64,000 nucleotides of DNA from Flectonema sp. DT1601 (Eukaryota): NCBI GenBank assembly GCA_964019425.1, contig OZ025786.1, forward strand, positions 1 through 64,000, in the 5' to 3' direction. The notes beneath the pieces are model-generated. The model was not told the DNA's origin. It ran no database searches and saw only the letters and a program-made list of their open reading frames with translations. Position numbers and translations under genes: made by a program. Shown here piece by piece: positions 1 through 12,000 of this stretch; positions within the stretch are counted from its first letter, which is position 1; each line of letters begins with the position of its first letter.

Positions 1-3000
1 GTTTGCGGGTTTGCGGGTTTGCGGGTTTGCGGGTTTGCGGGTTTGCGGGTTTGCGGGTTTGCGGGTTTGCGGGTTTGCGGGTTTGCGGGTTTGCGGGTTT
101 GCGGGTTTGCGGGTTTGCGGGTTTGCGGGTTTGCGGGTTTGCGGGTTTGCGGGTTTGCGGGTTTGCGGGTTTGCGGGTTTGCGGGTTTGCGGGTTTGCGG
201 GTTTGCGGGTTTGCGGGTTTGCGGGTTTGCGGGTTTGCGGGTTTGCGGGTTTGCGGGTTTGCGGGTTTGCGGGTTTGCGGGTTTGCGGGTTTGCGGGTTT
301 GCGGGTTTGCGGGTTTGCGGGTTTGCGGGTTTGCGGGTTTGCGGGTTTGCGGGTTTGCGGGTTTGCGGGTTTGCGGGTTTGCGGGTTTGCGGGTTTGCGG
401 GTTTGCGGGTTTGCGGGTTTGCGGGTTTGCGGGTTTGCGGGTTTGCGGGTTTGCGGGTTTGCGGGTTTGCGGGTTTGCGGGTTTGCGGGTTTGCGGGTTT
501 GCGGGTTTGCGGGTTTGCGGGTTTGCGGGTTTGCGGGTTTGCGGGTTTGCGGGTTTGCGGGTTTGCGGGTTTGCGGGTTTGCGGGTTTGCGGGTTTGCGG
601 GTTTGCGGGTTTGCGGGTTTGCGGGTTTGCGGGTTTGCGGGTTTGCGGGTTTGCGGGTTTGCGGGTTTGCGGGTTTGCGGGTTTGCGGGTTTGCGGGTTT
701 GCGGGTTTGCGGGTTTGCGGGTTTGCGGGTTTGCGGGTTTGCGGGTTTGCGGGTTTGCGGGTTTGCGGGTTTGCGGGTTTGCGGGTTTGCGGGTTTGCGG
801 GTTTGCGGGTTTGCGGGTTTGCGGGTTTGCGGGTTTGCGGGTTTGCGGGTTTGCGGGTTTGCGGGTTTGCGGGTTTGCGGGTTTGCGGGTTTGCGGGTTT
901 GCGGGTTTGCGGGTTTGCGGGTTTGCGGGTTTGCGGGTTTGCGGGTTTGCGGGTTTGCGGGTTTGCGGGTTTGCGGGTTTGCGGGTTTGCGGGTTTGCGG
1001 GTTTGCGGGTTTGCGGGTTTGCGGGTTTGCGGGTTTGCGGGTTTGCGGGTTTGCGGGTTTGCGGGTTTGCGGGTTTGCGGGTTTGCGGGTTTGCGGGTTT
1101 GCGGGTTTGCGGGTTTGCGGGTTTGCGGGTTTGCGGGTTTGCGGGTTTGCGGGTTTGCGGGTTTGCGGGTTTGCGGGTTTGCGGGTTTGCGGGTTTGCGG
1201 GTTTGCGGGTTTGCGGGTTTGCGGGTTTGCGGGTTTGCGGGTTTGCGGGTTTGCGGGTTTGCGGGTTTGCGGGTTTGCGGGTTTGCGGGTTTGCGGGTTT
1301 GCGGGTTTGCGGGTTTGCGGGTTTGCGGGTTTGCGGGTTTGCGGGTTTGCGGGTTTGCGGGTTTGCGGGTTTGCGGGTTTGCGGGTTTGCGGGTTTGCGG
1401 GTTTGCGGGTTTGCGGGTTTGCGGGTTTGCGGGTTTGCGGGTTTGCGGGTTTGCGGGTTTGCGGGTTTGCGGGTTTGCGGGTTTGCGGGTTTGCGGGTTT
1501 GCGGGTTTGCGGGTTTGCGGGTTTGCGGGTTTGCGGGTTTGCGGGTTTGCGGGTTTGCGGGTTTGCGGGTTTGCGGGTTTGCGGGTTTGCGGGTTTGCGG
1601 GTTTGCGGGTTTGCGGGTTTGCGGGTTTGCGGGTTTGCGGGTTTGCGGGTTTGCGGGTTTGCGGGTTTGCGGGTTTGCGGGTTTGCGGGTTTGCGGGTTT
1701 GCGGGTTTGCGGGTTTGCGGGTTTGCGGGTTTGCGGGTTTGCGGGTTTGCGGGTTTGCGGGTTTGCGGGTTTGCGGGTTTGCGGGTTTGCGGGTTTGCGG
1801 GTTTGCGGGTTTGCGGGTTTGCGGGTTTCGGGTTTGCGGGTTTGCGGGTTTGCGGGTTTGCGGGTTTGCGGGTTTGCGGGTTTGCGGGTTTGCGGGTTTG
1901 CGGGTTTGCGGGTTTGCGGGTTTGCGGGTTTGCGGGTTTGCGGGTTTGCGGGTTTGCGGGTTTGCGGGTTTGCGGGTTTGCGGGTTTGCGGGTTTGCGGG
2001 TTTGCGGGTTTGCGGGTTTGCGGGTTTGCGGGTTTGCGGGTTTGCGGGTTTGCGGGTTTGCGGGTTTGCGGGTTTGCGGGTTTGCGGGTTTGCGGGTTTG
2101 CGGGTTTGCGGGTTTGCGGGTTTGCGGGTTTGCGGGTTTGCGGGTTTGCGGGTTTGCGGGTTTGCGGGTTTGCGGGTTTGCGGGTTTGCGGGTTTGCGGG
2201 TTTGCGGGTTTGCGGGTTTGCGGGTTTGCGGGTTTGCGGGTTTGCGGGTTTGCGGGTTTGCGGGTTTGCGGGTTTGCGGGTTTGCGGGTTTGCGGGTTTG
2301 CGGGTTTGCGGGTTTGCGGGTTTGCGGGTTTGCGGGTTTGCGGGTTTGCGGGTTTGCGGGTTTGCGGGTTTGCGGGTTTGCGGGTTTGCGGGTTTGCGGG
2401 TTTGCGGGTTTGCGGGTTTGCGGGTTTGCGGGTTTGCGGGTTTGCGGGTTTGCGGGTTTGCGGGTTTGCGGGTTTGCGGGTTTGCGGGTTTGCGGGTTTG
2501 CGGGTTTGCGGGTTTGCGGGTTTGCGGGTTTGCGGGTTTGCGGGTTTGCGGGTTTGCGGGTTTGCGGGTTTGCGGGTTTGCGGGTTTGCGGGTTTGCGGG
2601 TTTGCGGGTTTGCGGGTTTGCGGGTTTGCGGGTTTGCGGGTTTGCGGGTTTGCGGGTTTGCGGGTTTGCGGGTTTGCGGGTTTGCGGGTTTGCGGGTTTG
2701 CGGGTTTGCGGGTTTGCGGGTTTGCGGGTTTGCGGGTTTGCGGGTTTGCGGGTTTGCGGGTTTGCGGGTTTGCGGGTTTGCGGGTTTGCGGGTTTGCGGG
2801 TTTGCGGGTTTGCGGGTTTGCGGGTTTGCGGGTTTGCGGGTTTGCGGGTTTGCGGGTTTGCGGGTTTGCGGGTTTGCGGGTTTGCGGGTTTGCGGGTTTG
2901 CGGGTTTGCGGGTTTGCGGGTTTGCGGGTTTGCGGGTTTGCGGGTTTGCGGGTTTGCGGGTTTGCGGGTTTGCGGGTTTGCGGGTTTGCGGGTTTGCGGG

Positions 3001-6000
3001 TTTGCGGGTTTGCGGGTTTGCGGGTTTGCGGGTTTGCGGGTTTGCGGGTTTGCGGGTTTGCGGGTTTGCGGGTTTGCGGGTTTGCGGGTTTGCGGGTTTG
3101 CGGGTTTGCGGGTTTGCGGGTTTGCGGGTTTGCGGGTTTGCGGGTTTGCGGGTTTGCGGGTTTGCGGGTTTGCGGGTTTGCGGGTTTGCGGGTTTGCGGG
3201 TTTGCGGGTTTGCGGGTTTGCGGGTTTGCGGGTTTGCGGGTTTGCGGGTTTGCGGGTTTGCGGGTTTGCGGGTTTGCGGGTTTGCGGGTTTGCGGGTTTG
3301 CGGGTTTGCGGGTTTGCGGGTTTGCGGGTTTGCGGGTTTGCGGGTTTGCGGGTTTGCGGGTTTGCGGGTTTGCGGGTTTGCGGGTTTGCGGGTTTGCGGG
3401 TTTGCGGGTTTGCGGGTTTGCGGGTTTGCGGGTTTGCGGGTTTGCGGGTTTGCGGGTTTGCGGGTTTGCGGGTTTGCGGGTTTGCGGGTTTGCGGGTTTG
3501 CGGGTTTGCGGGTTTGCGGGTTTGCGGGTTTGCGGGTTTGCGGGTTTGCGGGTTTGCGGGTTTGCGGGTTTGCGGGTTTGCGGGTTTGCGGGTTTGCGGG
3601 TTTGCGGGTTTGCGGGTTTGCGGGTTTGCGGGTTTGCGGGTTTGCGGGTTTGCGGGTTTGCGGGTTTGCGGGTTTGCGGGTTTGCGGGTTTGCGGGTTTG
3701 CGGGTTTGCGGGTTTGCGGGTTTGCGGGTTTGCGGGTTTGCGGGTTTGCGGGTTTGCGGGTTTGCGGGTTTGCGGGTTTGCGGGTTTGCGGGTTTGCGGG
3801 TTTGCGGGTTTGCGGGTTTGCGGGTTTGCGGGTTTGCGGGTTTGCGGGTTTGCGGGTTTGCGGGTTTGCGGGTTTGCGGGTTTGCGGGTTTGCGGGTTTG
3901 CGGGTTTGCGGGTTTGCGGGTTTGCGGGTTTGCGGGTTTGCGGGTTTGCGGGTTTGCGGGTTTGCGGGTTTGCGGGTTTGCGGGTTTGCGGGTTTGCGGG
4001 TTTGCGGGTTTGCGGGTTTGCGGGTTTGCGGGTTTGCGGGTTTGCGGGTTTGCGGGTTTGCGGGTTTGCGGGTTTGCGGGTTTGCGGGTTTGCGGGTTTG
4101 CGGGTTTGCGGGTTTGCGGGTTTGCGGGTTTGCGGGTTTGCGGGTTTGCGGGTTTGCGGGTTTGCGGGTTTGCGGGTTTGCGGGTTTGCGGGTTTGCGGG
4201 TTTGCGGGTTTGCGGGTTTGCGGGTTTGCGGGTTTGCGGGTTTGCGGGTTTGCGGGTTTGCGGGTTTGCGGGTTTGCGGGTTTGCGGGTTTGCGGGTTTG
4301 CGGGTTTGCGGGTTTGCGGGTTTGCGGGTTTGCGGGTTTGCGGGTTTGCGGGTTTGCGGGTTTGCGGGTTTGCGGGTTTGCGGGTTTGCGGGTTTGCGGG
4401 TTTGCGGGTTTGCGGGTTTGCGGGTTTGCGGGTTTGCGGGTTTGCGGGTTTGCGGGTTTGCGGGTTTGCGGGTTTGCGGGTTTGCGGGTTTGCGGGTTTG
4501 CGGGTTTGCGGGTTTGCGGGTTTGCGGGTTTGCGGGTTTGCGGGTTTGCGGGTTTGCGGGTTTGCGGGTTTGCGGGTTTGCGGGTTTGCGGGTTTGCGGG
4601 TTTGCGGGTTTGCGGGTTTGCGGGTTTGCGGGTTTGCGGGTTTGCGGGTTTGCGGGTTTGCGGGTTTGCGGGTTTGCGGGTTTGCGGGTTTGCGGGTTTG
4701 CGGGTTTGCGGGTTTGCGGGTTTGCGGGTTTGCGGGTTTGCGGGTTTGCGGGTTTGCGGGTTTGCGGGTTTGCGGGTTTGCGGGTTTGCGGGTTTGCGGG
4801 TTTGCGGGTTTGCGGGTTTGCGGGTTTGCGGGTTTGCGGGTTTGCGGGTTTGCGGGTTTGCGGGTTTGCGGGTTTGCGGGTTTGCGGGTTTGCGGGTTTG
4901 CGGGTTTGCGGGTTTGCGGGTTTGCGGGTTTGCGGGTTTGCGGGTTTGCGGGTTTGCGGGTTTGCGGGTTTGCGGGTTTGCGGGTTTGCGGGTTTGCGGG
5001 TTTGCGGGTTTGCGGGTTTGCGGGTTTGCGGGTTTGCGGGTTTGCGGGTTTGCGGGTTTGCGGGTTTGCGGGTTTGCGGGTTTGCGGGTTTGCGGGTTTG
5101 CGGGTTTGCGGGTTTGCGGGTTTGCGGGTTTGCGGGTTTGCGGGTTTGCGGGTTTGCGGGTTTGCGGGTTTGCGGGTTTGCGGGTTTGCGGGTTTGCGGG
5201 TTTGCGGGTTTGCGGGTTTGCGGGTTTGCGGGTTTGCGGGTTTGCGGGTTTGCGGGTTTGCGGGTTTGCGGGTTTGCGGGTTTGCGGGTTTGCGGGTTTG
5301 CGGGTTTGCGGGTTTGCGGGTTTGCGGGTTTGCGGGTTTGCGGGTTTGCGGGTTTGCGGGTTTGCGGGTTTGCGGGTTTGCGGGTTTGCGGGTTTGCGGG
5401 TTTGCGGGTTTGCGGGTTTGCGGGTTTGCGGGTTTGCGGGTTTGCGGGTTTGCGGGTTTGCGGGTTTGCGGGTTTGCGGGTTTGCGGGTTTGCGGGTTTG
5501 CGGGTTTGCGGGTTTGCGGGTTTGCGGGTTTGCGGGTTTGCGGGTTTGCGGGTTTGCGGGTTTGCGGGTTTGCGGGTTTGCGGGTTTGCGGGTTTGCGGG
5601 TTTGCGGGTTTGCGGGTTTGCGGGTTTGCGGGTTTGCGGGTTTGCGGGTTTGCGGGTTTGCGGGTTTGCGGGTTTGCGGGTTTGCGGGTTTGCGGGTTTG
5701 CGGGTTTGCGGGTTTGCGGGTTTGCGGGTTTGCGGGTTTGCGGGTTTGCGGGTTTGCGGGTTTGCGGGTTTGCGGGTTTGCGGGTTTGCGGGTTTGCGGG
5801 TTTGCGGGTTTGCGGGTTTGCGGGTTTGCGGGTTTGCGGGTTTGCGGGTTTGCGGGTTTGCGGGTTTGCGGGTTTGCGGGTTTGCGGGTTTGCGGGTTTG
5901 CGGGTTTGCGGGTTTGCGGGTTTGCGGGTTTGCGGGTTTGCGGGTTTGCGGGTTTGCGGGTTTGCGGGTTTGCGGGTTTGCGGGTTTGCGGGTTTGCGGG

Positions 6001-9000
6001 TTTGCGGGTTTGCGGGTTTGCGGGTTTGCGGGTTTGCGGGTTTGCGGGTTTGCGGGTTTGCGGGTTTGCGGGTTTGCGGGTTTGCGGGTTTGCGGGTTTG
6101 CGGGTTTGCGGGTTTGCGGGTTTGCGGGTTTGCGGGTTTGCGGGTTTGCGGGTTTGCGGGTTTGCGGGTTTGCGGGTTTGCGGGTTTGCGGGTTTGCGGG
6201 TTTGCGGGTTTGCGGGTTTGCGGGTTTGCGGGTTTGCGGGTTTGCGGGTTTGCGGGTTTGCGGGTTTGCGGGTTTGCGGGTTTGCGGGTTTGCGGGTTTG
6301 CGGGTTTGCGGGTTTGCGGGTTTGCGGGTTTGCGGGTTTGCGGGTTTGCGGGTTTGCGGGTTTGCGGGTTTGCGGGTTTGCGGGTTTGCGGGTTTGCGGG
6401 TTTGCGGGTTTGCGGGTTTGCGGGTTTGCGGGTTTGCGGGTTTGCGGGTTTGCGGGTTTGCGGGTTTGCGGGTTTGCGGGTTTGCGGGTTTGCGGGTTTG
6501 CGGGTTTGCGGGTTTGCGGGTTTGCGGGTTTGCGGGTTTGCGGGTTTGCGGGTTTGCGGGTTTGCGGGTTTGCGGGTTTGCGGGTTTGCGGGTTTGCGGG
6601 TTTGCGGGTTTGCGGGTTTGCGGGTTTGCGGGTTTGCGGGTTTGCGGGTTTGCGGGTTTGCGGGTTTGCGGGTTTGCGGGTTTGCGGGTTTGCGGGTTTG
6701 CGGGTTTGCGGGTTTGCGGGTTTGCGGGTTTGCGGGTTTGCGGGTTTGCGGGTTTGCGGGTTTGCGGGTTTGCGGGTTTGCGGGTTTGCGGGTTTGCGGG
6801 TTTGCGGGTTTGCGGGTTTGCGGGTTTGCGGGTTTGCGGGTTTGCGGGTTTGCGGGTTTGCGGGTTTGCGGGTTTGCGGGTTTGCGGGTTTGCGGGTTTG
6901 CGGGTTTGCGGGTTTGCGGGTTTGCGGGTTTGCGGGTTTGCGGGTTTGCGGGTTTGCGGGTTTGCGGGTTTGCGGGTTTGCGGGTTTGCGGGTTTGCGGG
7001 TTTGCGGGTTTGCGGGTTTGCGGGTTTGCGGGTTTGCGGGTTTGCGGGTTTGCGGGTTTGCGGGTTTGCGGGTTTGCGGGTTTGCGGGTTTGCGGGTTTG
7101 CGGGTTTGCGGGTTTGCGGGTTTGCGGGTTTGCGGGTTTGCGGGTTTGCGGGTTTGCGGGTTTGCGGGTTTGCGGGTTTGCGGGTTTGCGGGTTTGCGGG
7201 TTTGCGGGTTTGCGGGTTTGCGGGTTTGCGGGTTTGCGGGTTTGCGGGTTTGCGGGTTTGCGGGTTTGCGGGTTTGCGGGTTTGCGGGTTTGCGGGTTTG
7301 CGGGTTTGCGGGTTTGCGGGTTTGCGGGTTTGCGGGTTTGCGGGTTTGCGGGTTTGCGGGTTTGCGGGTTTGCGGGTTTGCGGGTTTGCGGGTTTGCGGG
7401 TTTGCGGGTTTGCGGGTTTGCGGGTTTGCGGGTTTGCGGGTTTGCGGGTTTGCGGGTTTGCGGGTTTGCGGGTTTGCGGGTTTGCGGGTTTGCGGGTTTG
7501 CGGGTTTGCGGGTTTGCGGGTTTGCGGGTTTGCGGGTTTGCGGGTTTGCGGGTTTGCGGGTTTGCGGGTTTGCGGGTTTGCGGGTTTGCGGGTTTGCGGG
7601 TTTGCGGGTTTGCGGGTTTGCGGGTTTGCGGGTTTGCGGGTTTGCGGGTTTGCGGGTTTGCGGGTTTGCGGGTTTGCGGGTTTGCGGGTTTGCGGGTTTG
7701 CGGGTTTGCGGGTTTGCGGGTTTGCGGGTTTGCGGGTTTGCGGGTTTGCGGGTTTGCGGGTTTGCGGGTTTGCGGGTTTGCGGGTTTGCGGGTTTGCGGG
7801 TTTGCGGGTTTGCGGGTTTGCGGGTTTGCGGGTTTGCGGGTTTGCGGGTTTGCGGGTTTGCGGGTTTGCGGGTTTGCGGGTTTGCGGGTTTGCGGGTTTG
7901 CGGGTTTGCGGGTTTGCGGGTTTGCGGGTTTGCGGGTTTGCGGGTTTGCGGGTTTGCGGGTTTGCGGGTTTGCGGGTTTGCGGGTTTGCGGGTTTGCGGG
8001 TTTGCGGGTTTGCGGGTTTGCGGGTTTGCGGGTTTGCGGGTTTGCGGGTTTGCGGGTTTGCGGGTTTGCGGGTTTGCGGGTTTGCGGGTTTGCGGGTTTG
8101 CGGGTTTGCGGGTTTGCGGGTTTGCGGGTTTGCGGGTTTGCGGGTTTGCGGGTTTGCGGGTTTGCGGGTTTGCGGGTTTGCGGGTTTGCGGGTTTGCGGG
8201 TTTGCGGGTTTGCGGGTTTGCGGGTTTGCGGGTTTGCGGGTTTGCGGGTTTGCGGGTTTGCGGGTTTGCGGGTTTGCGGGTTTGCGGGTTTGCGGGTTTG
8301 CGGGTTTGCGGGTTTGCGGGTTTGCGGGTTTGCGGGTTTGCGGGTTTGCGGGTTTGCGGGTTTGCGGGTTTGCGGGTTTGCGGGTTTGCGGGTTTGCGGG
8401 TTTGCGGGTTTGCGGGTTTGCGGGTTTGCGGGTTTGCGGGTTTGCGGGTTTGCGGGTTTGCGGGTTTGCGGGTTTGCGGGTTTGCGGGTTTGCGGGTTTG
8501 CGGGTTTGCGGGTTTGCGGGTTTGCGGGTTTGCGGGTTTGCGGGTTTGCGGGTTTGCGGGTTTGCGGGTTTGCGGGTTTGCGGGTTTGCGGGTTTGCGGG
8601 TTTGCGGGTTTGCGGGTTTGCGGGTTTGCGGGTTTGCGGGTTTGCGGGTTTGCGGGTTTGCGGGTTTGCGGGTTTGCGGGTTTGCGGGTTTGCGGGTTTG
8701 CGGGTTTGCGGGTTTGCGGGTTTGCGGGTTTGCGGGTTTGCGGGTTTGCGGGTTTGCGGGTTTGCGGGTTTGCGGGTTTGCGGGTTTGCGGGTTTGCGGG
8801 TTTGCGGGTTTGCGGGTTTGCGGGTTTGCGGGTTTGCGGGTTTGCGGGTTTGCGGGTTTGCGGGTTTGCGGGTTTGCGGGTTTGCGGGTTTGCGGGTTTG
8901 CGGGTTTGCGGGTTTGCGGGTTTGCGGGTTTGCGGGTTTGCGGGTTTGCGGGTTTGCGGGTTTGCGGGTTTGCGGGTTTGCGGGTTTGCGGGTTTGCGGG

Positions 9001-12000
9001 TTTGCGGGTTTGCGGGTTTGCGGGTTTGCGGGTTTGCGGGTTTGCGGGTTTGCGGGTTTGCGGGTTTGCGGGTTTGCGGGTTTGCGGGTTTGCGGGTTTG
9101 CGGGTTTGCGGGTTTGCGGGTTTGCGGGTTTGCGGGTTTGCGGGTTTGCGGGTTTGCGGGTTTGCGGGTTTGCGGGTTTGCGGGTTTGCGGGTTTGCGGG
9201 TTTGCGGGTTTGCGGGTTTGCGGGTTTGCGGGTTTGCGGGTTTGCGGGTTTGCGGGTTTGCGGGTTTGCGGGTTTGCGGGTTTGCGGGTTTGCGGGTTTG
9301 CGGGTTTGCGGGTTTGCGGGTTTGCGGGTTTGCGGGTTTGCGGGTTTGCGGGTTTGCGGGTTTGCGGGTTTGCGGGTTTGCGGGTTTGCGGGTTTGCGGG
9401 TTTGCGGGTTTGCGGGTTTGCGGGTTTGCGGGTTTGCGGGTTTGCGGGTTTGCGGGTTTGCGGGTTTGCGGGTTTGCGGGTTTGCGGGTTTGCGGGTTTG
9501 CGGGTTTGCGGGTTTGCGGGTTTGCGGGTTTGCGGGTTTGCGGGTTTGCGGGTTTGCGGGTTTGCGGGTTTGCGGGTTTGCGGGTTTGCGGGTTTGCGGG
9601 TTTGCGGGTTTGCGGGTTTGCGGGTTTGCGGGTTTGCGGGTTTGCGGGTTTGCGGGTTTGCGGGTTTGCGGGTTTGCGGGTTTGCGGGTTTGCGGGTTTG
9701 CGGGTTTGCGGGTTTGCGGGTTTGCGGGTTTGCGGGTTTGCGGGTTTGCGGGTTTGCGGGTTTGCGGGTTTGCGGGTTTGCGGGTTTGCGGGTTTGCGGG
9801 TTTGCGGGTTTGCGGGTTTGCGGGTTTGCGGGTTTGCGGGTTTGCGGGTTTGCGGGTTTGCGGGTTTGCGGGTTTGCGGGTTTGCGGGTTTGCGGGTTTG
9901 CGGGTTTGCGGGTTTGCGGGTTTGCGGGTTTGCGGGTTTGCGGGTTTGCGGGTTTGCGGGTTTGCGGGTTTGCGGGTTTGCGGGTTTGCGGGTTTGCGGG
10001 TTTGCGGGTTTGCGGGTTTGCGGGTTTGCGGGTTTGCGGGTTTGCGGGTTTGCGGGTTTGCGGGTTTGCGGGTTTGCGGGTTTGCGGGTTTGCGGGTTTG
10101 CGGGTTTGCGGGTTTGCGGGTTTGCGGGTTTGCGGGTTTGCGGGTTTGCGGGTTTGCGGGTTTGCGGGTTTGCGGGTTTGCGGGTTTGCGGGTTTGCGGG
10201 TTTGCGGGTTTGCGGGTTTGCGGGTTTGCGGGTTTGCGGGTTTGCGGGTTTGCGGGTTTGCGGGTTTGCGGGTTTGCGGGTTTGCGGGTTTGCGGGTTTG
10301 CGGGTTTGCGGGTTTGCGGGTTTGCGGGTTTGCGGGTTTGCGGGTTTGCGGGTTTGCGGGTTTGCGGGTTTGCGGGTTTGCGGGTTTGCGGGTTTGCGGG
10401 TTTGCGGGTTTGCGGGTTTGCGGGTTTGCGGGTTTGCGGGTTTGCGGGTTTGCGGGTTTGCGGGTTTGCGGGTTTGCGGGTTTGCGGGTTTGCGGGTTTG
10501 CGGGTTTGCGGGTTTGCGGGTTTGCGGGTTTGCGGGTTTGCGGGTTTGCGGGTTTGCGGGTTTGCGGGTTTGCGGGTTTGCGGGTTTGCGGGTTTGCGGG
10601 TTTGCGGGTTTGCGGGTTTGCGGGTTTGCGGGTTTGCGGGTTTGCGGGTTTGCGGGTTTGCGGGTTTGCGGGTTTGCGGGTTTGCGGGTTTGCGGGTTTG
10701 CGGGTTTGCGGGTTTGCGGGTTTGCGGGTTTGCGGGTTTGCGGGTTTGCGGGTTTGCGGGTTTGCGGGTTTGCGGGTTTGCGGGTTTGCGGGTTTGCGGG
10801 TTTGCGGGTTTGCGGGTTTGCGGGTTTGCGGGTTTGCGGGTTTGCGGGTTTGCGGGTTTGCGGGTTTGCGGGTTTGCGGGTTTGCGGGTTTGCGGGTTTG
10901 CGGGTTTGCGGGTTTGCGGGTTTGCGGGTTTGCGGGTTTGCGGGTTTGCGGGTTTGCGGGTTTGCGGGTTTGCGGGTTTGCGGGTTTGCGGGTTTGCGGG
11001 TTTGCGGGTTTGCGGGTTTGCGGGTTTGCGGGTTTGCGGGTTTGCGGGTTTGCGGGTTTGCGGGTTTGCGGGTTTGCGGGTTTGCGGGTTTGCGGGTTTG
11101 CGGGTTTGCGGGTTTGCGGGTTTGCGGGTTTGCGGGTTTGCGGGTTTGCGGGTTTGCGGGTTTGCGGGTTTGCGGGTTTGCGGGTTTGCGGGTTTGCGGG
11201 TTTGCGGGTTTGCGGGTTTGCGGGTTTGCGGGTTTGCGGGTTTGCGGGTTTGCGGGTTTGCGGGTTTGCGGGTTTGCGGGTTTGCGGGTTTGCGGGTTTG
11301 CGGGTTTGCGGGTTTGCGGGTTTGCGGGTTTGCGGGTTTGCGGGTTTGCGGGTTTGCGGGTTTGCGGGTTTGCGGGTTTGCGGGTTTGCGGGTTTGCGGG
11401 TTTGCGGGTTTGCGGGTTTGCGGGTTTGCGGGTTTGCGGGTTTGCGGGTTTGCGGGTTTGCGGGTTTGCGGGTTTGCGGGTTTGCGGGTTTGCGGGTTTG
11501 CGGGTTTGCGGGTTTGCGGGTTTGCGGGTTTGCGGGTTTGCGGGTTTGCGGGTTTGCGGGTTTGCGGGTTTGCGGGTTTGCGGGTTTGCGGGTTTGCGGG
11601 TTTGCGGGTTTGCGGGTTTGCGGGTTTGCGGGTTTGCGGGTTTGCGGGTTTGCGGGTTTGCGGGTTTGCGGGTTTGCGGGTTTGCGGGTTTGCGGGTTTG
11701 CGGGTTTGCGGGTTTGCGGGTTTGCGGGTTTGCGGGTTTGCGGGTTTGCGGGTTTGCGGGTTTGCGGGTTTGCGGGTTTGCGGGTTTGCGGGTTTGCGGG
11801 TTTGCGGGTTTGCGGGTTTGCGGGTTTGCGGGTTTGCGGGTTTGCGGGTTTGCGGGTTTGCGGGTTTGCGGGTTTGCGGGTTTGCGGGTTTGCGGGTTTG
11901 CGGGTTTGCGGGTTTGCGGGTTTGCGGGTTTGCGGGTTTGCGGGTTTGCGGGTTTGCGGGTTTGCGGGTTTGCGGGTTTGCGGGTTTGCGGGTTTGCGGG